Positions 9,579 to 18,685 of a stretch of DNA of 64,000 bases are shown here, piece by piece. Numbering within the stretch: the stretch's first letter is position 1; every line of letters begins with the position of its first letter. Source of the DNA: Alphaproteobacteria bacterium (GTDB lineage: Bacteria; Pseudomonadota; Alphaproteobacteria; UBA9219); contig JAQUYN010000005.1 in assembly GCA_028691835.1 (NCBI GenBank), positions 2,001 to 66,000 of the forward strand, given 5' to 3'. The notes beneath the pieces were generated by a model. That model made no database searches. It had not been told where the DNA came from and saw nothing but the letters and a program-made list of their open reading frames with translations. Position numbers and translations under genes: made by a program.

Positions 9579-10610
9579 GTGAGTGACATTCCCGCCCCGA
9601 ACCAAAGTCTTGCTGTAATAGGGCATGAGGCCGCGAAACGGCAAATTGAAGCTGCCTATGCAAGTGGGCGGATGCACCATGCTTGGTTGATCACGGGGGA
9701 GGCTGGGATTGGTAAAGCCACGTTCGCGATGCACATTGCGCACATGATCCTGTCAGGCGGTGAAAATAAGTTTGGCCGTTTTAATCCCGAGCATCAGGCC
9801 GCACGCCTGATTATGTCGGAAGCCCATCCGGATTTGTTTGTTCTTCGTCGTCCCTATGACGACAAAGCGCGACGGTTCAAAGATGTTATTCCCGTTGAGG
9901 ACGCCCGTAAGCTTGGCCCTTTTTTGAGTATGACGGCTTCCTATGGTCATGGACGAGTCGCCTTAATCGACGAAGCTCATACGCTGAATCGTAATGGACA
10001 AAATGCAATCCTCAAGATGATTGAAGAGCCTCCGACGGGGGCAACCATCTTGTTAACAGCAACGACAGTTGGCGCATTGCTGCCAACAATCCGATCCCGT
10101 TGCCGCGTTCTCAAATTGGACCCCCTTAGCAATTCTGAACTGGATGTTGTGTTGGCCCGTTTGAGTATTGATGTGCCAGAGGATCAGCCCAAGGATAAAC
10201 TTTATCAAGCTGCACATGGAAGCATAGGCCGTGCTCTGTCGCTGATTCAAACAAATGTACTCCCACTTTACCAAGAGATTTTAACAATTCTTACGGCTAT
10301 GCCGACTTTGGACCTTGTCCGTGTGCATAAGCTGGCAGATGGGATCGGGCGCAAGGATGAAAGTGAAACTTATCTCGCCCTGACAAGTCTGGTGGTTGAT
10401 ACCCTGCGCGAGGCGGTACTTTGTGCCGCTCAAGGCAAGTCTGATCCAACGGGCCTGGCCGTGAAAATGGCTGGGAGCGGGCGACTTGATAAGGCGTTGG
10501 ATATATGGGACAACACAAGGCAGACTTTCGCAATGACAGAAAGTGCTAGTTTAGACCGTAAGCTGGCACTGATTAATGCGCTTTCAGCGATCAGTCGCGA
10601 AATGGCCTAA
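9579..10610 (+). CDS. holB: DNA polymerase III delta-prime subunit
   Basis: It shows an AAA+ clamp-loader fold (GEAGIGKATFA, LIDEAH, NAILKMIEEP, SRC motif). The start is GTG, in the usual position after tmk. Confidence 0.85.
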   Translation: MSDIPAPNQSLAVIGHEAAKRQIEAAYASGRMHHAWLITGEAGIGKATFAMHIAHMILSGGENKFGRFNPEHQAARLIMSEAHPDLFVLRRPYDDKARRFKDVIPVEDARKLGPFLSMTASYGHGRVALIDEAHTLNRNGQNAILKMIEEPPTGATILLTATTVGALLPTIRSRCRVLKLDPLSNSELDVVLARLSIDVPEDQPKDKLYQAAHGSIGRALSLIQTNVLPLYQEILTILTAMPTLDLVRVHKLADGIGRKDESETYLALTSLVVDTLREAVLCAAQGKSDPTGLAVKMAGSGRLDKALDIWDNTRQTFAMTESASLDRKLALINALSAISREMA

Positions 10611-10651
10611 GACAGCCTAAGATAAAAGATGGGAAACAGGAAACCGGACAG

Positions 10652-12199
10652 ATGAAAAAGTCATATTACATTACGACGCCGATTTATTACGTGAACGACA
10701 TTCCCCACATCGGCCATGCTTATACGACGATGGCGTGCGATGCGATGGCACGTTTTAAGAGACTTGATGGTTATGATGTCATGTTTTTGACTGGCACGGA
10801 TGAACACGGCCAGAAAATTGAAAAGGCGGCGCATGCCGCAGGATTAGAGCCCAAAGCTTTTACCGACAAAGTTTCGCAGAACTTCCGCGATCTTGCCAAA
10901 ATGATGAATTATTCGAACGATGATTTTATCCGTACGACGGAAGAACGCCATTATAAAGCTGCGCAGCATTTGTGGCGTGAGCTTCTTGCCCGCGATGAAA
11001 TCTATCTCGACAAATATGCTGGTTGGTATGCCGTGCGTGATGAAGCTTATTATGGTGAAGATGAGCTGACGGATGGACCCAACGGCAAGAAGATCGCGCC
11101 CTCTGGCGCGGAATGTGAATGGGTCGAAGAAGAAAGTTATTTCTTCCGCCTGTCCAAATGGGGCGACAGGCTTTTGCAATTCTATAATGAAAATCCCGAT
11201 TTTATTCTACCGCATAGTCGCCGCAATGAAGTCACGAGTTTCGTCAAGCAAGGGCTTCGTGATCTTTCTGTTTCGCGCTCAGCGATCAAATGGGGCGTTC
11301 CTGTTCCGAATGATCCAAAGCATGTCATGTATGTCTGGCTTGATGCGTTGACAAACTATATGACTGCCGTCGGTTATCCCGATACGCAAAGCGATGCGTA
11401 TAAGAAATTTTGGCCAGCTGATTTGCATATGGTTGGCAAAGATATTTTGCGTTTTCATGCGATCTATTGGCCGGCGTTCTTGATGGCCGCAGGGCTTCAG
11501 CTGCCCAAGCACGTTTTTGCGCATGGTTGGTGGACCAACGAAGGCCAGAAGATTTCTAAATCGCTTGGCAATGTCATCAATCCTCATGAGCTGATTGAAG
11601 CGTATGGTCTTGATCAAACACGTTATTTTCTCTTGCGTGAGGTTCCCTTTGGCAATGATGGCGACTTTTCACGGGCTGCGATGATTGCCCGCACGAACAG
11701 TAATCTTGCCAACGATCTTGGGAATCTCGCTCAACGTTCGCTTTCGATGATTGCTAAGAACTGTGGAGCAGTTGTTCCTAAATGTGGTGAGTTTAATCAG
11801 GCAGACCATGTGCTTTTGAATAAAGCCTATGGTCTGCTTGACCACGTGCGTCGCGAGATGGACGTTCAGGCCTTCCACAAAGCATTGGATGCAATCTGGC
11901 TTGTGATCGGAGATGGCAATCGCTATGTCGATGAGCAGGCACCTTGGGCGCTGAAAAAGGCAAACCCTGAGCGTATGGAAACGGTGCTTTATGTGCTGGC
12001 CGAAACCCTACGTTGTGTCGCAATTCTTGTGCAGCCCTTTATGCCCGATTCTATGGGCAAGATGCTCGATCAGCTGGCTGTACCGGATGAGGCCCGTGAT
12101 TTCACGTTGTTGACAAAAGAGCATGCCTTGAAATCCGGCACGCCGCTTCCGACGCCATCCGGTATCTTCCCGCGCTTTGTGGAAGAGGTAAAAGAGTAA
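10652..12199 (+). CDS. metG: Methionyl-tRNA synthetase
   Basis: The HIGH motif (HIGHAYT) and KMSKS-type motif (KISKSLGN) are present, with typical class I architecture. Confidence 0.95.
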   Translation: MKKSYYITTPIYYVNDIPHIGHAYTTMACDAMARFKRLDGYDVMFLTGTDEHGQKIEKAAHAAGLEPKAFTDKVSQNFRDLAKMMNYSNDDFIRTTEERHYKAAQHLWRELLARDEIYLDKYAGWYAVRDEAYYGEDELTDGPNGKKIAPSGAECEWVEEESYFFRLSKWGDRLLQFYNENPDFILPHSRRNEVTSFVKQGLRDLSVSRSAIKWGVPVPNDPKHVMYVWLDALTNYMTAVGYPDTQSDAYKKFWPADLHMVGKDILRFHAIYWPAFLMAAGLQLPKHVFAHGWWTNEGQKISKSLGNVINPHELIEAYGLDQTRYFLLREVPFGNDGDFSRAAMIARTNSNLANDLGNLAQRSLSMIAKNCGAVVPKCGEFNQADHVLLNKAYGLLDHVRREMDVQAFHKALDAIWLVIGDGNRYVDEQAPWALKKANPERMETVLYVLAETLRCVAILVQPFMPDSMGKMLDQLAVPDEARDFTLLTKEHALKSGTPLPTPSGIFPRFVEEVKE

Positions 12200-12201
12200 A
12201 G

Positions 12202-12990
12202 ATGTTTGTCGATAGTCATTGCCATTTGGATTTCGAGCAGTTCGACTCTGATCGTGACGTTTTTGTTGCGCGCGCACGTGCGGCTGGCGTTGAAAGAATA
12301 CTCACAATATCGACGTGTATATCAAATTTCCCCAAAGTTTTGAAAGTTGCAGAAAGTTACGGCGACGTCTATTGCAGCGTTGGGGTTCATCCCCATGATG
12401 CCGAAAAAGCGGGGGAGCTTATTACGGCGGACGAGCTTGTCAAATATCTCGATCACCCGAAGGTTGTCGCGATTGGTGAAACCGGCCTTGATTATTTTTA
12501 TGAGTATGCGCCGCGCGAAGCCCAGCAGCGTAATTTCCGTCAGCATATCCGCGCTTGTATTGCCTCTGGCGTGCCGTTGATCGTTCATACTCGCGATGCC
12601 GAGGACGATACAATCCGTATCCTTAAAGAAGAACGCACGGGGCACGAAAGCGAACTGCGCGGCGTGTTGCACTGTTTTAGCTCAGCACAACGTATGGCGG
12701 ATTATGGGCTTGAAATCGGGTTCTCACTTTCTGTGTCGGGGATGCTCACGTTTAAGAAATCTGAAAACATTCGGGATATTGTAAAAGACATCCCCTTGGA
12801 TCGATTACTGATCGAAACGGACTCGCCCTATCTGGCACCGATCCCGTTTCGTGGCAAAACATGTGAGCCTGCTTATGTCGTGCATACGGCTGCGGCTCTT
12901 GCTAACCTCAAGGGGGTGCAGATTGAAGTGCTAGCAAAGGCGACAACTGACAATTTCTATCGTCTTTTCAATAGGATAGAACGGATATGA
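12202..12990 (+). CDS. tatD: TatD family metal-dependent hydrolase
   Basis: Motifs DSHCHLD, GETGLDY, HTRDA and ETDSPYL are present. Confidence 0.9.
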   Translation: MFVDSHCHLDFEQFDSDRDVFVARARAAGVERILTISTCISNFPKVLKVAESYGDVYCSVGVHPHDAEKAGELITADELVKYLDHPKVVAIGETGLDYFYEYAPREAQQRNFRQHIRACIASGVPLIVHTRDAEDDTIRILKEERTGHESELRGVLHCFSSAQRMADYGLEIGFSLSVSGMLTFKKSENIRDIVKDIPLDRLLIETDSPYLAPIPFRGKTCEPAYVVHTAAALANLKGVQIEVLAKATTDNFYRLFNRIERI

Positions 12991-13760
12991 AGATTACAAT
13001 TTTAGGCTGTGGGTGTTCTGGTGGTGTTCCCCTGATAGGCAATGTTTGGGGCGCTTGTGACCCTAGTGAACCTCGTAACCATCGGACATGCGTATCTATT
13101 CTGGTGGAAGAGGGGGGGCAGACCCTTCTTGTGGACACGTCCCCGGACATGAGGGAACAGCTTTTGCGTGTGCGCCTGCGCGCAGTAGATGCAATTTTGT
13201 ACACGCATGAACATGCGGATCATACGCATGGCATCGATAATATTCGAAGCCCGAATTGGTTGATGGGGAAACCTGTGCCGCTTTATGCTGATCAGCACAC
13301 AATGGATGATTTGAAGCAACGTTTTTCCTATATTTTTGACGATCAACGTCCGGCTCGGGCGCAATTTTACCTACCTGCCGTTGAAACACACATCATCGGC
13401 AAAGCGCCATTAACTTTTGGGCCGATCACTGTGAAAGCCTTTTTGCAGCCTCATGGTAAAATCAATTCACTTGGATTTCGTTTTAACGATTTTGGATATT
13501 CCACAGACGTTGCAGACCTAACGGATGAAGCGGTTGACATTCTCAAGGGCGTTAAGGTTTGGGTTGTTGATGGTGTTCGTGAACGGCCCCATCATACGCA
13601 TGCCAATGTTGACACGGCGCTTGAGTGGATTGAGCGTGTGAAGCCTGAGCGTGCTTATCTGACGCACATGGATCAAACTCTTGACTACGCGACGCTCAAA
13701 GCACGGTTACCGGACAATGTTGAGCCATGTTATGACGGGCTTGTGATTGAGTGTCCTTAA
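12987..13760 (+). CDS. MBL-fold metallo-hydrolase (PhnP/GPP-like)
   Basis: It has the HxHxDH motif (THEHADHTHG). It overlaps the tatD stop by ATGA. Confidence 0.8.
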   Translation: MKITILGCGCSGGVPLIGNVWGACDPSEPRNHRTCVSILVEEGGQTLLVDTSPDMREQLLRVRLRAVDAILYTHEHADHTHGIDNIRSPNWLMGKPVPLYADQHTMDDLKQRFSYIFDDQRPARAQFYLPAVETHIIGKAPLTFGPITVKAFLQPHGKINSLGFRFNDFGYSTDVADLTDEAVDILKGVKVWVVDGVRERPHHTHANVDTALEWIERVKPERAYLTHMDQTLDYATLKARLPDNVEPCYDGLVIECP

Positions 13761-14538
13761 TAACGGTTTGTTCAACAAGCCAGTTCTTGATCTCGTTTGC
13801 TACTGTGGGCCAGCATTGATCCATCATAAAAGCATGGGGCACGTTTGGCATAATATTGAGTGTGCCGTCCCACGTTGCTGCTGAATATCTGAAATCGGAA
13901 ACAGGAACGAAGACATCCTTGTCACCACCAAGAACGAGTGTTGGTGTTATGGCCTTGGGTTGTGTCCAGCATGGCCACATAAGCTCGCTCGACACACGCT
14001 TGGATTCAGGCTGAAGGAGCGCCGCCAACTCTTGGCGTTCTACATTTGTCATCGGCCCAGAACATAGGGCCTGTCCGATAATGTCGATGTCGGCATATTG
14101 GGGGCCGCAAGTCATTAAAAGGCCAAGTTGATAGACTAAGGGCGGATCATTCATCATGATGTGCTGTGATGATGCAAAAAGCCCCGTCAAAGCCGGAGAC
14201 GACAAAAGGATAAGGCCGGGGACATCGTGTTCAAGGGCGTAACGCTGAACCAAATAGCCACCCATGGAGTGGCCCACAAGAATGGGCAAAGTATCGAAAA
14301 GATGCACGCCTTTCTCAATATCGTCCAAGAAGTCAGCAAGACCGAGGTTATCCAAATTGTCCCGATCATCATTCTTGCCATGTCCGCTTAGTGAAATTGC
14401 CGCACCAAAAAAGCCTTCTTTCTCAAAATACGGAAGAAAATAACGCTGCCATATGGAGGCGCTGCAATAAGAGCCATGAATAAAAAGAAGCGGTGCGTGG
14501 TGAGTCGTATCGGGATTGCCGAAAAAGATTGTTTCCAT
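13696..14538 (-). CDS. Alpha/beta-fold hydrolase
   Basis: It has an HG oxyanion motif (FIHGS), the nucleophile elbow GHSMGG and a C-terminal His (PHAF). The start is re-set to the ATG at 14538 (METIFF). Its 3-prime end overlaps the convergent MBL gene by 65 nt. Confidence 0.75.
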   Translation of the reverse strand: METIFFGNPDTTHHAPLLFIHGSYCSASIWQRYFLPYFEKEGFFGAAISLSGHGKNDDRDNLDNLGLADFLDDIEKGVHLFDTLPILVGHSMGGYLVQRYALEHDVPGLILLSSPALTGLFASSQHIMMNDPPLVYQLGLLMTCGPQYADIDIIGQALCSGPMTNVERQELAALLQPESKRVSSELMWPCWTQPKAITPTLVLGGDKDVFVPVSDFRYSAATWDGTLNIMPNVPHAFMMDQCWPTVANEIKNWLVEQTVIKDTQSQARHNMAQHCPVTVL

Positions 14539-15096
14539 TTTGATTTGTGTCCGCCGATTTTTATGTCGTGTGAAATACCGAGTAACAACCAATTTATAGA
14601 ATGGTCATGTGAACAATTCATAAAGAGCTGCTGGGCTTGGCTTGACAATCCTATCTATCGCAGTTCAAGAGTTGGGGTATAAAAACTGAATTGAACCGTT
14701 ATTGCGAACCCCGATTTATCGGAGCGCGGCAACGTGTCTCAGCGTAGCTTCTTAGTGAAGACGGATCCATCATCAAGACGTGAATCTTATAGATGTATCG
14801 CTCACATGCTTCTTCCATCTTTTCTGAAATCTGCAAGTTTTAGCGTGCACGCAAACCTGATCAAGCTGTTCGCTCCTTGCCGTATGATCCGCTTTTCATT
14901 TATATGACATTTAACATAATATATCTTATGCGACATATGTAACTAGGAAAATATGGCGTGGGGGGCTTTTGTTTAGGCGCTAATCACACAAGCGAACAAC
15001 GTGTGAAATCAGGCAGTACACATAGGCAAGACATCGGCGTAAGATCATCAAATACATTCCATCTTGCACCTCTTTGATGAAGGAATCCTTGCCGTT

Positions 15097-15900
15097 ATGT
15101 CTGCTTCTGTTGATCATCTTACCAACGTTATGCGCAAGCTTCGCGACCCTGAAACTGGCTGTCCTTGGGACATCAAACAGGACTTCAAATCCATCGCGCC
15201 ATGTACACTTGAAGAAGCCTATGAAGTTGTCGAAGCCATCGAATCCGACGACCATGAACACTTTTGTGAAGAGCTTGGCGACCTTCTCCTTCAGATCGTT
15301 TTTCATGCGCAGATGGCCGATGAAAAAGGCTTGTTTTCTTTCGACGATGTGGCCCACGGTCAGGCCGAGAAACTGATTGAGCGCCATCCGCATGTTTTTG
15401 GAGATCGCGAGGGAGTCCATACGCCCAGTGACGTTCTCAAGAACTGGGAAGCCGACAAAGCCGCAAAACGCGCAGCAAAAGCCGAGGCTGCCAATCAGCA
15501 AAAACCTAGCGCATTGGATGGTGTCAGCACCGCCCTTCCCGCCCTAACGCGTGCGCAAAAAATCCAAAAGCGGGCGGCACGTGTTGGGTTTGATTGGAAT
15601 AATGTAGCTGACTTTTTGTCAAAAATTCGTGAAGAACTTGCTGAATTTGAGCATGAGGTGCATGAGGGCTCTGCAATCGAAAAAATGGAGGATGAACTTG
15701 GTGATGTTTTGTTCGCCGTGATTGGTGTTGCTTCCTTCATGAAGCTCGACGCCGAGCGTGCCCTGCGTGCCACGAACCGCAAGTTTGAACGCCGTTTTAA
15801 GTTCGTCGAAAGCGCCCTCGCCGCCCAAGGCCAAACGATGCAAGACACATCTCTGAATGATATGGAAACGCTGTGGCGTGAGGCGAAGAGCAGCGAATAG
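15097..15900 (+). CDS. mazG: Nucleoside triphosphate pyrophosphohydrolase MazG
   Basis: It has tandem MazG domains (CPWDxxQ, EExYEV, ELGDLLxQ repeated as ELGDVLF). The start is re-set to the ATG at 15097. Confidence 0.9.
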   Translation: MSASVDHLTNVMRKLRDPETGCPWDIKQDFKSIAPCTLEEAYEVVEAIESDDHEHFCEELGDLLLQIVFHAQMADEKGLFSFDDVAHGQAEKLIERHPHVFGDREGVHTPSDVLKNWEADKAAKRAAKAEAANQQKPSALDGVSTALPALTRAQKIQKRAARVGFDWNNVADFLSKIREELAEFEHEVHEGSAIEKMEDELGDVLFAVIGVASFMKLDAERALRATNRKFERRFKFVESALAAQGQTMQDTSLNDMETLWREAKSSE

Positions 15901-15943
15901 AAAACGATCTGAGCCTCAATGTTTGGCATAATTTTTCCGCCTA

Positions 15944-16123
15944 ATACCAGCGGACCTATGAACGGACTCATTGAAAGGGCCACTCTCAATCATTCGCTCT
16001 GCGCCTCACGATTCTCTTGCCGGACGGAACCAATTGTTCTTAAAGGAAAGGACTGTCCGGCGAGAGGCTATCTCCTCGCAACCACTCATGACCCAGCGCG
16101 TCAGTTCATCGGGCGGTTGGTAT
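15944..16123 (+). repeat. Family-A MITE-like palindromic repeat, full copy (~180 nt)
   Basis: Imperfect terminal inverted repeats are ATACCAGCGGACCTATGAACGGAC ... GTCAGTTCATCGGGCGGTTGGTAT. There is an internal foldback, CTCTTGCCGGACGG / CTGTCCGGCGAGAG. Similar copies lie at 21769, 52150, 3907, 46514 and 39340. Confidence 0.85.
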
Positions 16124-16305
16124 ATAAACCTTCCGCTGTGGGTTCTCGTATCAAAATCGGGAGATGGATCGCCACGCGACCTTAAGGCCGCTCGCGATGA
16201 CATCTAGAGCATTTTCAAGTAGGTTGGCCGTACCGGCTTGCACCGGTATGACGGAAATTTTTTTTGCCGAAAATCAATTCATTGGACCGTTGGTAGAACT
16301 TGATC

Positions 16306-17613
16306 TCATTTTTTTGTCGGGGTTGATTCAAGCCACTTGCACCGTTTGGAAATCAACGGCGTCACATTATCGTGCTGAATGCCGTTGGCAATTAGGGAGA
16401 TCACGCGGTCATCCTCCATATAGCCGCTATGCGCAGTCAATGGGTTGGCAAAGGATACGGTGTCGAACAAATTATTCTCCTCTGCAATATTCAAGCTGAC
16501 ATTTGTGACTGACGGACAAATACGGCTGTCGATGTGGTTTGTCGTAAAATTCTGTGTGACAGGATACGAGAGAATATCATTCGGATCGCTAAAAGCGATA
16601 ATATTCATCCGGCGCGCCACCCGTTCATCCTTCTTGTCACCGTTAATTGTGCAATAGCTTTTTTGTGCCGCCAAAACACGTGGCGCGTCACGGCCCATTT
16701 GCAGCAAGGGCAGCTGATTTGCCATCATGAATACCGTGAACTCCTTATCACGCACTGTCTTGCGTATTTCACGATGATGCTCGCTTTGATTTTTCTTTTG
16801 ATTCAGGTATGAAAAGTTCTGAATGGTATCGATGGTGATGCGGCTTCCCAGGCTGTGCGTTACAAAGAAATGATCGTCTGCCGCCAAGCTGGGAAAAGTG
16901 GTGTGAGGCCATTTTTCACATTGGTACGTGCCGCTTTCAGGAAGGCCCTCCCAATCGTTCCCCATCATCCAACAAACGGATTGTGCGACAGATGCGATAA
17001 TTCTTTGATACCCATTCCCGTTATATATGAGCAGATCGGGAACGGTGGCGTTGATAAAACTTTTCAGCGAGTTGTTCATACTGGCCCGCGCAAGCCCCTC
17101 ATTGTTCGCGGAGTCGGTTTCCAGATCCTGCTTTTGTCGCGCCGTAATCGGCGACCATGTTAATTCATAAAAGACGAGCTGATGGTTGTTCTGTGCGTCC
17201 ATGTGGCGGGTTACGTGCAGCGTGCCAAGCGTGTGGGGTTCGCCTTCGTGCCACTGGATATTCTTGTTGTAGAGCTGAATAGTTTTTACCGTTATATCTG
17301 TCACGCTCAGGCCAAGCTTTTCATAAAGTTTTTTCTGGAACCGGCTTGAATAGCCCGGAAGATGGCTGCTGATCCCATGAACCATAAGCACCTTTGTAAT
17401 TTTGGGGGATTCCGCATTCTGACTATCCAAACTTTGTCGGATGCCATTAAAGGCTGTGCCCTCGATTTCGCACTGACGCAGATCTTCCTTGACGCTCTGA
17501 CGTTCGAGAACAGCCTCGGTAACACCACGTGCAATGCCCGAACATCCGCCCAAAAGAATGGGAAAGGACAAGACAGCAAGAAGACTTGCAGATTTCAGAA
17601 AAGATGAAAGCAT
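16306..17613 (-). CDS. Lipoprotein with lipase/esterase-like alpha/beta-hydrolase signature
   Basis: It has a signal peptide with lipobox (LLGGCSG), an HG motif (MVHGISSH), the nucleophile elbow THSLGS, and later SDPND and AHSGY as candidate Asp and His. Confidence 0.7.
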   Translation of the reverse strand: MLSSFLKSASLLAVLSFPILLGGCSGIARGVTEAVLERQSVKEDLRQCEIEGTAFNGIRQSLDSQNAESPKITKVLMVHGISSHLPGYSSRFQKKLYEKLGLSVTDITVKTIQLYNKNIQWHEGEPHTLGTLHVTRHMDAQNNHQLVFYELTWSPITARQKQDLETDSANNEGLARASMNNSLKSFINATVPDLLIYNGNGYQRIIASVAQSVCWMMGNDWEGLPESGTYQCEKWPHTTFPSLAADDHFFVTHSLGSRITIDTIQNFSYLNQKKNQSEHHREIRKTVRDKEFTVFMMANQLPLLQMGRDAPRVLAAQKSYCTINGDKKDERVARRMNIIAFSDPNDILSYPVTQNFTTNHIDSRICPSVTNVSLNIAEENNLFDTVSFANPLTAHSGYMEDDRVISLIANGIQHDNVTPLISKRCKWLESTPTKK

Positions 17614-17802
17614 GCCAACCTCAGATAAAAAGTGATTTTACCTCCCCTATGTTTAAGAATTTCTTTTTAAGATTCTTGCCGGTTTGGCGGGCCTCAATTA
17701 GCGTCCGAAAAAAGTGGCTCATTTTAACCTTTAGGAGGGGCAAATCGGCCATTTTGAGAAAGTTGGGCGAGACTCAGCTGTGGCCATGCCTTTTAAATCG
17801 AT

Positions 17803-17900
17803 TTTAAGGTACCGTGAGTGCGTTGCGTGATGGCGTCCGCACCACCCCTAGCTTGATACTCATTTTATCGCACTCTACGGGCTTCTATGGCGGTTTTCGG
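17803..17900. repeat. Family-C hairpin repeat
   Basis: TTTTAAG..CGTGAGTGCG...CACCCCTAGC...CGCACTCTACGGGCTTCTATGGCGG is shared with 52002-52110. GAGTGCG and CGCACTC form the stem. Confidence 0.7.
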
Positions 17901-17968
17901 AAAGTTGGTTAACAGAAGGTCCAAACTGTAGCCGAATTAACCTTTAGAAGTCCCTTGGGCGACCGCTC

Positions 17969-18667
17969 TCAAACCTCGACCCCCTGCCCTGGATTTAGCA
18001 CCACGACCTCACCGCGTCGGACAAGGTTTTTGAATGTGTCGGCCTGCCCTGTCAGTTGTGGGAACGTGCCATAATGCATAGGGAGGATGGTTTTCAAATC
18101 AAAAAGCTCGTTGCAGGCATAGGCGGCTTCTTTAGGGCCCATCGTATAGCGATCCCCTATCGGCAAAAGGCCGATGGTTGGTTGATATAAGTCTTGGATC
18201 AGCTTCATGTCGGAAAACACGCCCGTGTCTCCGGCATGATAGAGCGTTACCCCGCCCATCTCGACAACAAAACCTGCGGCACATCCGCCATAGGTGCAAG
18301 AATCTCCGACCATGATGCTGTTGCTGTGCATGGCTTGCACCATATGAACCGTCACGCCGCCAGCCAAGGTAACCCCACCGCCGATATTCATGTCGATCAC
18401 ATGTTGCGCCTTCACACCTTGAGCCATGAGGTGGTGTGCTAATTCATAAACAGCAACGATTGTGGCGCCGCCCTTTTTCGCAACAGAAATGGCATCCCCT
18501 AAATGATCTTCATGACCATGTGTTAGGAGAATAAAGTCAGTCTGATGCAAGTCAGGCGTTATCGCAGTAGGAAATCGTGGATTTCCAGAGATAAAAGGAT
18601 CAATGACAACAGATGTCTCATTCATTTCCAAAGAAAAACAGGAATGCCCGAGCCATGTGATTTTCAT
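17969..18667 (-). CDS. UPF0173-type MBL-fold metal-dependent hydrolase
   Basis: The N-terminus is MKITWLGHSCF, followed by the HxHxDH motif (LTHGHEDHLGD) and a conserved C-terminal PMHYGTFP. Confidence 0.85.
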   Translation of the reverse strand: MKITWLGHSCFSLEMNETSVVIDPFISGNPRFPTAITPDLHQTDFILLTHGHEDHLGDAISVAKKGGATIVAVYELAHHLMAQGVKAQHVIDMNIGGGVTLAGGVTVHMVQAMHSNSIMVGDSCTYGGCAAGFVVEMGGVTLYHAGDTGVFSDMKLIQDLYQPTIGLLPIGDRYTMGPKEAAYACNELFDLKTILPMHYGTFPQLTGQADTFKNLVRRGEVVVLNPGQGVEV

Positions 18668-18685
18668 GAAGCTTCGACTTTTACC

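Noticed and set aside
9156-9743. 195-aa ORF antisense to tmk/holB
   Set aside because: It overlaps two strongly supported sense genes and has no motif or SD.
13696-13760. 65-nt convergent overlap of the MBL gene and the alpha/beta-hydrolase gene, considered as a possible sign of a frameshift or pseudogene
   Set aside because: Both ORFs are intact with complete catalytic motifs. The overlap involves only the non-conserved C-terminal tail of the hydrolase and is most simply a benign extension.
14980-15501. 173-aa ORF antisense to mazG, and 15495-15989 (164 aa)
   Set aside because: The MazG motifs are on the plus strand, and these ORFs have no independent support.
15919-16207. ORFs 15919-16185, 15971-16207 and 16006-16203; likewise 21735-22247, 21806-22003, 52110-52367 and 52177-52404
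   Set aside because: They lie on family-A repeat copies. The reading frame differs between copies and indels break frames, so the similarity is at the nucleotide level (a non-coding MITE-like element), not the protein level.
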